A DNA stretch of 63,274 bases, the filler included, from Reticulomyxa filosa (Eukaryota; Protista; Foraminifera): the NCBI GenBank assembly GCA_000512085.1. It is 26 parts of 26 records of this genome, joined end to end, with 100 filler letters (N's around TTAATTAATTAA, not from the genome) between each part and the next. Parts side by side here need not be neighbours in the genome. Positions count along the whole stretch, not along the records: positions 1 to 1,981 come from ASPP01019741.1; positions 2,082 to 4,358 come from ASPP01002316.1; positions 4,459 to 5,866 come from ASPP01001682.1; positions 5,967 to 7,875 come from ASPP01002801.1; positions 7,976 to 9,254 come from ASPP01012477.1; positions 9,355 to 11,423 come from ASPP01046685.1; positions 11,524 to 13,815 come from ASPP01002133.1; 19 more parts are not named here. One strand, given 5' to 3'. The notes below the pieces were generated by a model. It was given only the letters and a program-made list of their open reading frames with translations, was not told where the DNA came from and made no database searches. The translations under genes and the position numbers were made by a program. This document shows positions 1 through 13,070 of the stretch, in pieces (the first letter of the stretch is position 1; each line of letters starts with the position of its first letter).

Positions 1-1981
1 CTGTCGCAAAATGTGTGATACCGATGAAACGCCATGCCATTGATCAATTCCACAGTTTCACCAACTTTAAGATGTTAGTTGTCATTTTCTTTGTTCTGTC
101 CATTTTGGACTTTTTCGAGCTGTGCTGCTGTCTTGATCGAACTCGGGCAGCGCATTGGCTACAATGCTGAAGTGTGAGCGAGTTATACTATGTTCGTGCA
201 TCACACTGAAGCGTCTTGTTCGTTCCATCCAGCGTTTATTGAGTTTCAGATCCACATACCATACATTTCTCCTTCATCCATTTCTTCAATATATTTTATA
301 TGCCCATGATGTTCAAAGTTCAATTTCACTCGGCCTCTTACATTGTATTTTTAAACGTCGTCTTTGTCGATTGCCATTTGGCCACACTTTCCGCGCAACT
401 ATACCACCATCCATGTCTTTTTTTTTTTAAATAAAAAAAAGATATTGAATTTTGTTCTCAATGAGCAGTTTTATAAACAATAACAAACCTACATGTACAC
501 TATGTACTGTCCGTCGGTCATTCAGGTATTTTTCATTCAATTTAATGGCGTATACCTACTATCATTTGGTATCCTTTTCCAATGTATTATGTTGTCTATT
601 TTTTCAAATTTCAAAGTTCAATATTGCACATCGTTTGAAAAAAAAAAAAAATAGTCAGATGAACTCTTTTTTTTTCCAGTTTCAATTTGCATCCATTGTC
701 CAATACTTTATTTACTTCACTTTCGTTATCGCTGTCATCTATTGCTCTGGTTTCCATTTTCGAAATCGATTGAATCACGATAATTGATTTTCGTTCTTCG
801 GGACACTATATGAATTGGTAGTGACTTTGGTTCGAATGTAAAATGTACTTCTTTTTGACTTCAAATAAATACTACACAACAAAAAAAAGATTAAAAAAAC
901 ACCTGAAAATAGCGATATCGACATCATGAGCACCAGGAGTCTATATGTCTACAAAGAAAATACAACATAGCATTATATATTTAATAAAATTATTTCTGAA
1001 AGAACAAATCTAGTTCAATGCAAATAACTTCACTCTCAACAAAAGGAGGATAACCAATATACTTGAGATAACTGTCGCCCCTCCTTGAGAAATTGAGTCT
1101 TTCGAGTGAAATTGCCACGACATACATTGGCCTCAAAATGTTTTTTTCCTCACGATGTGCCATTGTACCGCAAGGGTTCCATGTGCTCAACTCCAAGTCG
1201 GTTTCCTTTCATCAAATCTGTTTCTCCAATACATTTCGCCACTCCTGCTTTGCATCGAAAAAATTTCACGTAGTTTCTGATCTTGAATTGCACTTTCGGT
1301 TATGACGCTTGTGGAGGTGGTGTTGTCTAGTCTTCGTCATCATTGCCGCCATCAGTCTGCTTTCTAACATTGAAACAAAATTCAACACTAATCAAGGACT
1401 TTTTCTTCTCAAAGCGAATAAATAAATCATACCATTTGCCATAAATTCTCTTCATTGGAAAACTCCACACAAGATAGGACATGACACATGTTTTATTTTC
1501 CAATATTTGAACTCGATCGCCGACAACCACGCCAAAGAAATTCGCCACTGTGCTTTTTGCGTGTCCATGCCCGACTTTATCGTCTTTATTTTTATTCACT
1601 TCTGCTTCTTCCTCGCGTTCTCGTTTTGCATCTTCGATCGTTTTTTTGATCTCGTCCAAGGTATTTCGCCATTGCTTCTGTTCACTGGCCGGGTATCTTC
1701 CTCGTATTGTCTTTCACGAGTTTTCACTGTTTTCGGTGACTGTATTGAAACACGCACAAATATGATAACACAAGATAAGTAGATTATTTTTTTACTATTG
1801 TTGTGAACTTGGAGTATTTCTTCCACCATGATCATTGATCTACCAGTTATCGAGTTCGGGTCCCGTTTCTCGCTGCTACTAAAGTCAGTCCACCGACCAA
1901 TTTCACAGCACCTTTACGAACACTGTCGCCAACTTTGACGCTTTTCCTTCTTGGTCCTACCACGCTCGCCGTTGGTAACCC
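1..1981 (-). pseudogene. Degenerate multi-CAP-Gly-domain protein gene fragment
   Basis: Several broken CAP-Gly-like units on the minus strand: VKVGDSVRKGAVKLVG..ELDNW (1830-1960), LKYIGYPPFVESEVICIELD (1000-1070), RVKLNFEHHGHIKYIEEMDEGEMYGM (255-335). Many stops and frameshifts. Confidence 0.6.
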
Positions 1982-2081
1982 NNNNNNNNNNNNNNNNNNN
2001 NNNNNNNNNNNNNNNNNNNNNNNNNTTAATTAATTAANNNNNNNNNNNNNNNNNNNNNNNNNNNNNNNNNNNNNNNNNNNN
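1982..2081. other. Artificial contig linker N44-TTAATTAATTAA-N44 (first of 25; others start at 4359, 5867, 7876, 9255, 11424, 13816, 15162, 18023, 20984, 26860, 29474, 31295, 34561, 36638, 38150, 40227, 41707, 43242, 45687, 49494, 56200, 57911, 59599, 61409)
   Basis: Identical 100-bp spacer with stop codons in all six frames, repeated throughout the window. Confidence 0.99.
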
Positions 2082-3570
2082 ACAAATACAATCCAGCTGT
2101 ACAATGTTTGAATGTAGAAGATGTTTAATTGTTTTTTGAAGCAGTTCCTTCAGGTGAAGATTGTTTGAAAGTGAAGTGAGTGTGAGAATATTAGGAAAAG
2201 CATAAATTTTCATTGATTTATTTTCATTTAGTGAAAGAAAGTGCATTGATTTTTTATAGAATCAAGCAATTTGTTTTCTTTTCCAATAGCACTAACAATT
2301 GAATATTTCATTTATAGAATAATTAAATCAGAAGAACTTCATACACTTTTCAAATACGACAATAAAATAATGAATTGATGATAAAAATATTGAGTCTCTG
2401 CATAAAGCTTGTTAAAGATATCATCAGCACAAAATTACATTTTTAAATAAACATCTAATGTCGTTGGTAATCTTGCTAATAATTTATTCAACCAACTATA
2501 AAAATTTGTCAAAATGTTTAATCTTGACATTTCTGATTTCAGTAATATATTGCATTTCAGTCTTCCTGCTTCCTATTTTGATGGTTTCAAAGTGCATTCC
2601 ATCCTTGCTATCTTTGCAACTATAATATTACTCTTTCTACTGTCAATTCATATTATATACATTCTGGAAATGCATTGGATACACACAAAGCGTTGCAAAG
2701 CTTTTTTAATAAAAATAATGATAATAAAACTGTAGTTTCTGAACGTTTGAGACGTTCGGGGCTATCCCATCAGATAATCAATGTCATTTTTTGATCCATT
2801 TCATACAACGGTTGTGATCTCGCTATTTGTTTCTTTACAAATTTGATCAATGTTTGTCTTGTTTTTTATGTTTTTTGCATTTGCATTTGTGGCCTTGTTA
2901 TATTCGCTTACGTCTTTGCTGTGCCAACGCTACAATATCCCGCTTATAATAATACTTAAATTATCACGGTTTGTGTAATTTAAGTATAACTTATGAAAAA
3001 TTATTTACAATTTATATAACGAATTTAATTTAAATACATTTCAATGCATCAATCGTAGCACTTTTCAACTGAAGAAAACTGGACATCTTATTGTTGAAAA
3101 AAAAAGGGCAAATGCGTACATGACAGATATTGCCTCGTGTTGTGTATGTGACTTTTTAAGGTTAACATAGGAAAAAGAGGCAAAATTGGCATGAGGCAAG
3201 GATAGCAAAAAAGAAGTCTGCTGTTTGAACTTTTTCATAAAGGAAAAGAACCTCCCAGGGCAGATACCCTACTCCGCCAGCTTAGAATAGCATTGATGAA
3301 ACATTAAACTGTAAACCAAAAAAATATTTTAATTTCAACATAAAAATAAAATATGCAACTGTCAATGCTGTTCTCACTCTGCTTTTTTCTAACAAAAATA
3401 TACTCCAAAAGCTTGATAAAAAATTGGAGTGGAGCATTCTCTTGAAAAAAAATGATTTATAATTTTAATTTTAAAAAAATTTTACCTTTTTGGAAATTGA
3501 AATTAAAACAAAAAGTTTCACTTCAACTTGAGGGGAAAAAAAAGGAGAAAGAAAAAAAACAGAGTTTACC

Positions 3571-4358
3571 ATGTCAATATTGCAATCAGAAAAAAAGAAA
3601 CAAGCTTAAAAGCTTTGTCACTCGATGGCTGTTATGACAAAAATTGGGTGGCTGCTTCGAATAAACAAAGCACGCTAAGACCTCTACAATGTCTATTATG
3701 TGGCCAAGTTGCAAACAATGCAATGGAATTGACTTGCGATGAGCACGATGATTACAAAGATACAGTGATAGTTGGTGAACAATGTCTGATAAAATATTTG
3801 AAAGAGAATAATGATCAATGTCCTATCGGAGAACATGGCACTTGCAAACACACGAAAGGGAGAACTGCAAGGAATTTTGTTTGTGAATTAAAAGTGATTT
3901 GTCCAAGACAATTTATGAAACACTTCAATCAAAGAGAAGAAAATGAAGCAAAAGAAGGTGACACACCTATGGAAGATAGCTGTGCATTTAAGGGAAAGAT
4001 TAATGAAGTGAAAGAACATTTGGAAAATACATGTTCTTTGAAAACTTTGGAGTGTATATTTAAGAAATTTGGATGTAATGAAAGCTTATATGGTTCGAAT
4101 TTTGAAGAGCACATGGAATTGCAAATGAAGAGGCATTTGGATTTGTTGTTGGGTTGCATTTCCGATCGAACTGTAACACTTGCATTAGAATTTTTTTGTT
4201 TATTGATTTTATATTTTAAAAAAAAAACAAAAAACAAGTGTATTGCATAAAAATGGAATATTTAGGAAGAAATAGAACAATCAAAATTGAAAATGAAAGA
4301 ACAAGAAGATGAAATTCAATTGTCGAAATTGGATAGTGAAAACAAAAATATACAAATT
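3571..4358 (+). CDS. Atypical RING + TRAF-type zinc finger protein, N-terminal part (3' truncated)
   Basis: CLLCGQV..CDEH..GEQCL..CPIGEHGTC followed by CPRQF..CAFKGKINEVKEHLENTC..CIFKKFGC..HM..HL. Coiled-coil exon at about 4266-4358. The ATG at 3571 needs a 1-nt correction in an A run. Confidence 0.8.
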
Positions 4359-4544
4359 NNNNNNNNNNNNNNNNNNNNNNNNNNNNNNNNNNNNNNNNNN
4401 NNTTAATTAATTAANNNNNNNNNNNNNNNNNNNNNNNNNNNNNNNNNNNNNNNNNNNNTGTCAAACATGAAGATATTATATATCTATGTTAAATAATTTA
4501 CAATGTTTTGATTGACATTTAAAAAAAGAAAGAGTAAATGAACT

Positions 4545-4650
4545 AACATAATTGACAATAAATTTGTCAAAATCTTTTATCCACCCTAATTTGATTTTCA
4601 ATATTCGAATCCAATGTTGTATGATTACTTGAACCTTTTCTTCTTTAGAC
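4545..4650 (-). pseudogene. N-terminal leader exon of the expanded WD40 family
   Basis: VQVIIQHWIRILKIKLGWIKDFDKFIVNY, homologous to 7055-7135 and 13785-13815. Confidence 0.6.
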
Positions 4651-5797
4651 TGTTTGAATCACAATTTACATACTATATAAACAAAACACTAAAAAAGCAA
4701 TAGATTTTCTGATAGCTTGTAATAAAGCTTACCAACGCTAGTTGTGTTGAATTTTGCTTCTTATTGCTTAGAGTTGTCATTTTTTTTTAAGGTCGTTTTT
4801 GATGATGTAAAATGGAAGATATTGAACTTTTTTCTTCTCAAGAGCAGTCAAAGGGGTTTTCAAAAATATTTTTGGTGACATGAAAAATGGATTTTAACAA
4901 TACATGTTATTTTCTTTTGCAATGAAGACAAGAATTAAAAAAAACTTGTCCAAAACTGAGTGAGAGTATGCAAGGTTTTTTTAAAAGATTTTCAACAAAA
5001 TCTTTGAAAATAGTTTTCAATTTTTTTGTAGTTTAAAGAATGTTTGAAAACAAAAAAGGAACTTCGATGTTGAAACAAAAGGTGTAATTTAACACTTTTT
5101 TAACTTTAAATGTATTTATGCCTTGTTTTTAAATTGACTATTGCTTTGCTAATCTGGAAGAGTAAAATTTAATATTCATGAATTACTTTGAAATACATGC
5201 CATAATATCCAAAAAAATTATAAGGTCTAAACAGTTAACGCAAAGGAAATTTTTAAAATGATTCCTCATGCACGTTAAGTCAACTGTTGTTGTTTTTCAA
5301 TTAATATGTTAACTTTATCTCATAATTTGAGTTTAGTTTCTCAATTCTATAATGGCCAGTAGCAAAGGCTATGTTATATTTTATTTAAGCTTTCTAAAAA
5401 GTTATAAATATTAATCTTTGATTAAAAATTTATTTGTTAAAAAAAATCTTTATAAAAATATTCATAACATATTTATTAAATAATTTATTGTTGCCTTTTT
5501 TTTATTCATTTTTTGATAAATAATTCCTAAAGATACAGTCAAAAAATTGTAAATGATATATTTGATTATGTATTGCCAAAGACAATCTTGGTTACTTTTT
5601 TGAAACATTGAAAAAAAAATTAGAAAAAATTATCTATTCTCTTTTATAATTCATCAAAGTGATATATCATATTATCAATTCACATGAAGACTAAAGTGCG
5701 TAATATGATATTGTTCACTGTTGGTAATGATTTTTTTATTTATTATTTATTTTGATGAAACAAATAAATCGTATTGTATAAAGCTGACTGACAACTA

Positions 5798-5866
5798 CAG
5801 TAGAATCCAAATTAAAGTTGATACCTAAAACGGCACCTTATAGAGATTATTGATTTTCTTCATGAA
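5798..5866 (+). mobile_element. Diverged half-copy of the TA-flanked foldback MITE (see 52251-52378); the contig ends at the hairpin centre
   Basis: TA|CAGTAG...CCTAAAACG...ATTGATTTTCTTCATGAA aligns by eye with the left arm and loop of 52251-52320. Confidence 0.55.
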
Positions 5867-6329
5867 NNNNNNNNNNNNNNNNNNNNNNNNNNNNNNNNNN
5901 NNNNNNNNNNTTAATTAATTAANNNNNNNNNNNNNNNNNNNNNNNNNNNNNNNNNNNNNNNNNNNNTTTTTTTACCGAAATGCATTTTGGCGAATAAAAT
6001 GGTCAAAAATGCATATTCTTCAAACTATAACCACTGACGATAAAAAAAGCAAAAAAAACTTAATTTTTAAAAAAGAAATAGCCCCCTTGAACATAGTTTG
6101 TTTCGTTTTAAAGAATTGATGTTTTATGCTTGAAAACAGATATATATGTTTAAGAAAAGACAATCACATAAGGGAAATCAAATTGTTGTCTTGAATAAAA
6201 ACTAGTTTTAGTCACATCCCCAAATTTGAGTCATACCTTTAGAAGAACCTGACACAAATTGACTTCTATCTGACAAAATATCTATACACGACACTATGTT
6301 GTTAACTTCTATTTTTTATTTTTAATTAC

Positions 6330-7140
6330 CTGATTTTACATCCCACAGACGAATAGTTTTATCACTTGAGCAAGACAAGATGGTTTCACCTTCTGGAAAT
6401 ATTTCACATCATTAATAACATCCGAATGTCCTTCTAATTGTTTCAATTTTTTTCTTAATTCGATATCTCATACTTGAATTATGTTATCTAATGAAGATGA
6501 AACAATATATTGACCATCTGGAGAAAATCTTGAGCGTATTACATCATCTATTTTTATTTCTTTTAATCTTTCACATGTTTTTACACTCCAAAAACTGATT
6601 GTATTCACAGATGTTGATACCATCATTTGACGATCTGGCGAAAATTGAACCTTTCTATGCGATCTGAATTATCAGTCAACGTTTGTATCATATTCATAGT
6701 ATTTATATTACATAATCTTACATCAGTTGAACATGATACAATATATTTACCATCTGGAGAAAAGTTTACGTCTGATATTTAGCCATCGTTTCCTTCGAAT
6801 TTTTTTATGCCTTTTCCTGGTGACAGTTTTTTCAAACATGAAAATTTTGTAAAATCGATGAAGTCATTCTATCCCGAATTTCTCCCTGATTGCACATTCT
6901 AAATTTGAATTATTCTAAAACCTGTTGATGTAACAGTCATATCACCCTCATTGAAAATCCAATACTAGTTACAGGCCCCTCTTGTGCTTGTAACTTTTTT
7001 AACAATTGAAAATCTCTAATCTGTATTTTGTGTATTACTATTGTTTAACGTATTTGACAACAATTGGTCAAAATCTTTGACCCATCCCAATTTAATATTC
7101 AAAATTCGAATCCAATTTTGAATTATTATTTTTATGCTGT
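6330..7140 (-). pseudogene. WD40 repeat protein pseudogene
   Basis: FSPDG-type repeats (VNFSPDGKYIVSCS, RFSPDGQYIVSSS, KLEGHSD) interrupted by stops and frameshifts; family leader exon at about 7055-7135. Confidence 0.8.
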
Positions 7141-8324
7141 TTTCCGACTAATTTTATCACATCCAACACAATTCAGTATGTTTGATACAAGTTCAAAGAA
7201 GGCTTGCCAAAGATGATTTTGCAACAGCTGTTTCGTTGGTAGCAGTATTCATTCGTTTACTTTTTATTTTCCTTCCATTTAATTTTGATATTGGAACAAC
7301 AATACAAAAGTGAAAGAAAAAATAAACAAATAAAACTAAAGAAACAATGAATGGAATTATTACAGAAATTCTTAAAAAAGAGTTTGTGTTTGTGCGATAC
7401 ACATTGAGAGCAAGAAAGTGGAGAGGGCAAAGCCTTCAGAGCTTGAAAGTGCTTAATAAGAGACTGATTTTGTTCAGTTTATCTTTCAGGAGATTTTTGT
7501 GTTGTATTTGATTAGCAATATTGTTGATGTTGCTGAAGTTTTTAAGAAGGACCCTTTCAAAAAAAAAAAAATGGCAGTAAGTATTTTATGTGAACGTTTT
7601 TGTTTGATTAATGAAACAAAAAATTGCAAGAAATCTTGCAGTTTAGAACATGACCTCATTTTATTTATTAGTATAATAAAAAACACACATACGCATATAT
7701 GCAATATATTTGAACAAAAAAGCAGATAGCTTTGGGACCAAATGTGATTGGTGGTGTGAAAGCTGGATCACTTGGAACATTGTTTAATATCGATTCTTTG
7801 TTATCAGAAAACGGATGTACTGGAGGCATTGTGCACACTATTTCATCACGAGGTAAATAAAAATCAAAGTTGCAANNNNNNNNNNNNNNNNNNNNNNNNN
7901 NNNNNNNNNNNNNNNNNNNTTAATTAATTAANNNNNNNNNNNNNNNNNNNNNNNNNNNNNNNNNNNNNNNNNNNNTTTGCACGTTTCTTTTAAAGGCTGG
8001 AACAAATCATTTATTTGATGTATATAGCAGGAAGAAAAAAAAATGATGTCAAAAATAATTTTTTCACTAAAAAAAATTGTTAGTTGTACAAAATGTTTTC
8101 CAATTCAGAGACTTGCTTCATTTTTTTTACAACACAAACTTGCTCTGTCTCTTTTATTCGCAAACTTTAGAGCCTTATAAAAATATATGTGGATATAAGC
8201 TATTTTTGATATTTACTTGACATCCGATTACAATGCTTAGCCCCTCCAAGTATCACTTGAAAAGAGTGAAACAGAAAAAGCAAAGCATTCTTCGTTTTTG
8301 TCCCTTTTGCTCAATGTTCGAGTG

Positions 8325-9198
8325 ATCAACCCCACAGACGAATGGTTGTGTCATAAGAAGACGACACAATTGCACCACTGTCTGGTGAAATATCCACTCC
8401 TGTCACAATATCAGAATGTCCCTCCAACTTTTGTACTATTTTTCCATCTTTGATGTCCCAAAGTGAATAGTGAAATTCCTGGAGCATGACACAATAGTTT
8501 GACTGTCAGGGAAAATTTGTATATCAGTTAGGCCGGGATGTCCTTGCAGACGCTTCACTTCTGTTCCTGATTTAAAATCCCAAATCTGAATTTCATCACT
8601 TGCAAAAGAGACAATGAAAAGACCATTTGGAGAAAATTGCGATTTCCGAATTCCATTCTGGTGATAACCTAGTTTGCGTAATTTCCCATCCATTTTAAAA
8701 ATCCCAAATTGCGGTTTTGTTATGAAAAGCAATTGCAACCAACTGACCATCTGGTGAAAATTGTGCATCGTGTATTGCATACAAACGTCCCTCCAATTTT
8801 TTCAACTCCATTCCATGGACCGCATCCCACAATCGCACGGTATCATCTGTCGAGCAAGTCAAAATGGTGAGACCATCTGGTGAAAATTGTGCTCTTATTA
8901 CCGTCTTTGCATGTCCATATAATTGCTTTATTATCATTCCAGAATTCGCATTCCATAGTCGGACAATGCGGTCTGCTGAACATGACACAATCATATTACC
9001 ATCCGGTGAAAAGTCTGCATCGTTTGCTATACCTTTATGGTCCAACACATGAATCACTTGTGTCGTCTTGACATTCCATATCCGAATTGTCCCATCACTC
9101 GATGATGAAACTATCTTTGTCCCGTCTGGTGAAAATCTCACACTATTTACACTTTTGGAATGTCCTTGAAAGATTGCTGACATTTTGAATTGTTTCAA
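8325..9198 (-). CDS. WD40 repeat protein (frameshifted; sequencing error or pseudogene; 5' truncated)
   Basis: ORFs 8695-9198 and 8436-8780 carry successive GH...FSPDG...IRIWN/WD repeats. Confidence 0.85.
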
Positions 9199-9354
9199 CT
9201 ATATATAAACATATATATATATATATGTATATGTATATATGTATATATATATTANNNNNNNNNNNNNNNNNNNNNNNNNNNNNNNNNNNNNNNNNNNNTT
9301 AATTAATTAANNNNNNNNNNNNNNNNNNNNNNNNNNNNNNNNNNNNNNNNNNNN

Positions 9355-11423
9355 TAAGACATAAATGCACAACTCATAAATGTTTATAAAAAAGATGAAA
9401 ATTTGCAATTTTTTGGAATATTTTGACAAAATAAATTGGAAAAAAAGAATTGTTAAAACCTTTGTTTATTATTTCATTTGTGATTTTACATTTGGTTCCA
9501 AAAACAGATAATTGAACATTAACAATTTTTTTTTTGGAATAGATGATTACTTTTTTTAATTAATAATTTTTCTCTTTCAGAGAAAAAGTTTCCCTTTTTA
9601 GAAAAAGTTCTCTTGAACATTACAAATGTGGTTTGGTTATTCTCTCTTCAAACAGCCTAACAAGCCAAAAATATACAACATGAAGCTCGCTTTTGAGGAT
9701 TCCTTCTCCAATGCACTCCTCTGTAAAACTAAAACAATTGCCGAAAAAGAAAAAAGCTCCTCTTTTTCGGAATTATAATCAATGTGAGAAATGTTTGATA
9801 TCAAACACAAGAAAATAGATGAAAAATCACATGTAGGTGTACAATACAATCAACCATATATGGAACAAGCCAGCACGCTGATGTGTCAATTGTGGGATTG
9901 AAACCACTTGAACCTATTGCAAATGGTAGCAATGTAAGATTTGAAGGACCAAGGTACAAATACTGAAAAGTTTTCATTTTGTTTTGAAAAAAAAAGAGAA
10001 GAGAAATGTGAATGTAGGATGTATTGACAAGACAATATTATTTGATGACTGAATGGAAAAAAAAGATATTTTGAATGCAAACCAGTGGCAAAGGTCTTTT
10101 TTACCGTCACTTGACGATCGCTGGCATTTTACAAAGCGCTCCGAAATCGTCGAAATTGTCGAAAATCGACGATATGATCAGACGCGTGGGTCGAACACGA
10201 CACTGAGTACCCCCTCCTCGAATGTGCCACCTGCGACGCAAATAAGCCCCAGCTGTGAAAGTCAGTGATAAAGGAATTCTCGACACAGGCGATATTGGCA
10301 AAATTGTGTTTGTGGAATCAGTCAGCTTTGACGACCTTGAGAAATCTTTTCCATTTTGTTGGATAATTTTTGTCTAATGGTCACATGCTTGCTTTGAGTC
10401 CGTGAAGGAGAATGTGAAAAGCGACCAGCGACGGAAGTTGGTGGAATTGAAACCCGTTAATGAAGACGAACCAAAGTCCGTCCAAACATATCAATGTGAT
10501 AATTGAATGTATCCTGATTTGCCATCCAAATACCATCACATAAGAAACACTCATCTCATGATGTATAAAAACAAAAAAAAAAGTGGCACAGCTGTCGATA
10601 GAACAGATTGAAAAGAAATCAAAAAGCTTGCCACCACAACAATACGAACAATATGAATAGTCTCTCTTCCTCCTTTTCATCGCAGTGTTCACATGGAACT
10701 TTGATCAGTGTGTTGAAACACTGTGTCACTCCAAATACATTGATTTTGAAAGTTTGGAGTCCATGTTTAAAGATATGTGTACTTGGTCCATATTCTTGAT
10801 TATGCATTGTTCATTTGTTGGTGAAAAAGTTTATAGATACAAGTGCCTCTGGGAAAATATATTGATCACTGGGAAGAATTGATTATATATGAATACGAAG
10901 AAATAATGGAGGTAAATAAATCTCAGGGGATGAATGCGCATTTGTCTGAAAACAATAACAAGTATCAAGACAATGCATTGATGAACATATTGTTGTAAAT
11001 GATCCCAGATTTGCACAAGCGTATCCAAAACAATGCATTGACATTAGAGTAGTAGATGCAAATGCTGCCTCCACACATGAATGCATTCAATCTCATAACG
11101 ACACCCGAATTAACCCATCGTATGGATCGTCAAGCGACGGATTGATAGTGTTTGGCAAATCTTAACAACAACAATATCATGCGTAGGGAGTGTTTTATTA
11201 TCTGCCATTGCTCCTTCACACCATTGCAATACGCCGACAAAATTTGTTACATTTGATTCAACCAAGAAAAGAAATCGAACGAATATTGGATTGTTGTAGA
11301 AATTTGGTTGGGACCTCATGCACCACTTGACACAACTGTGGAGTTGTGATGCTTTGATCTTATCGTCCTCTTTGCTCAACTTTTTTAAGGCTGGAAAATT
11401 TTGAAATCGATATTGTGAAATAT
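9355..11423 (+). pseudogene. Degenerate copy of the CAP-Gly-containing multicopy gene family, with its upstream region
   Basis: 9355-9770 matches the reverse complement of about 23560-23935. 9855-10070 matches 19820-20000. A CAP-Gly-like 'GKKRYFEC' remnant is present. No long ORF. Confidence 0.55.
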
Positions 11424-11824
11424 NNNNNNNNNNNNNNNNNNNNNNNNNNNNNNNNNNNNNNNNNNNNTTAATTAATTAANNNNNNNNNNNNNNNNNNNNN
11501 NNNNNNNNNNNNNNNNNNNNNNNTGACCTCATTTGATGAGTGCAAACCATTGGGTATGTCTAAAAAAAAAATTTTCATATGATAATAATGACTTTATTGT
11601 ATTTTATTATCATCATTATTATAGGACGAATGGCTGCAATGGACGCGAACTCGTTGATTATGTTGGGAAAAGTTGCATCAGTAGAATACAATTGAGAGAA
11701 CAAAATAATTGACACAAAAACTTTTAAATGAATGAATAATCATTTTGTTTTAATAATTTCACATTATTTTTTAATAAAAATATTTTTATTTTATTTTTTT
11801 TATCGTGAAATACTACTATCACGT

Positions 11825-12060
11825 TATATAAGCAGCAAATCAAAAAATTGACAGTGTAAATCTCCACACACGGTAATTGAATCTTTCAGACGCAATAAGT
11901 TTGGCTCTTTTTTAAATAGCTCCGTGCATGTTTTCACTAAATAAAATGCGTCTTCCAATCGAAGTCGATCTTCCTTGTTTAAATGCTTTCCCAAACACTC
12001 CAAATCTACGTTTCATCCGCTCGAAACAATTTGTTGTGTGCCAACGGGAAACGCGTCGTA
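11825..12060 (-). pseudogene. Calcineurin A (PP2B catalytic subunit)-like N-terminal fragment, truncated
   Basis: Manual translation gives FPLAHNKLFRADET/VDLECLGKHLNKEDRLRLEDAFYLVKTCTELFKKEPNLLRLKDSITVCGDLHCQFFDLLLI*. This is the PPP motif GDxHGQ with G->C, one frameshift and an early stop. Not in the ORF track. Confidence 0.8.
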
Positions 12061-13070
12061 TTAGTATTGGTGCACTAACTGTAATACGAGAGGTGTTTAC
12101 TTAAAAGAGAATCGGAGTTTCGTAAAACGAAAGTAATTTAAATAATAAAACAAAATAACAAAAGGAAAGTAAAGAAAAGTAACAAAGTAAGAAGTAGGCT
12201 GTTGGATTCATCCGTTCCCTTGACATTCAGATACTTATAATATGGACTTACCCTACATAACAAAACACAAATTTGGAAATAATTAAGCTTCTACGAACAG
12301 TAAAAAGGTATTCTGTTACAAAAATGCAGATGTGTTTCAAAATGCGAAGAGCTGTCGTGAAAAAATATTTTTAACTGAATTGTTGTTAGTTTAAATTTGA
12401 TCAAAAAAAGTAAGAGATACATGGCAATGCACAAAGCTGGCAAACATTAGTGCTAATTTGAACAACACAAAATATTGGTAAAAACCCGGAATAATCGCGC
12501 TATTTCGGTTAGTAAAAAATTTTAAAAATTTGTGGAAAATTCCGTCAACTACTTCAACACAACAAGCATTGGTATGTATCAATTTAATCTTGAGAAACTG
12601 CTTGGCTTTAGATTATTATTATTTGTAATTGTTGATTGAAAAATGTTGAGCGTTTTTTTAATTGATACGCATTTCTTGCTTCCTCATATATCTTATTAAA
12701 AGGGCACAAAAATATTATGAAATACAAATCATTTTAATATTTGGACACAATTTTCATTCGCTATGCTTTGAATTTTTTAAAAAATATTGAATGCAGCTTT
12801 TTCAATTTTTTTTTAACAACAAAGTAAGATAAAACGTATCGTTCAGTGCATAATCAAATCAAACAGTTTAACATCGTTTTACTTTTCTTTTAATCAAAAT
12901 TTTCAAACAAAAACTTTCATTTCTTATTGACAAAAAAGTAAATTATCACCTAATACGAATGTGACCTTTGTGTAAACCATAACACAAATTCAAATCATAT
13001 ATACATTCTTTGCCTTCTCTTTTTTTTCAATACAATAAATTTAAGTCAAAATATTCCATCGTTTTCTTTC

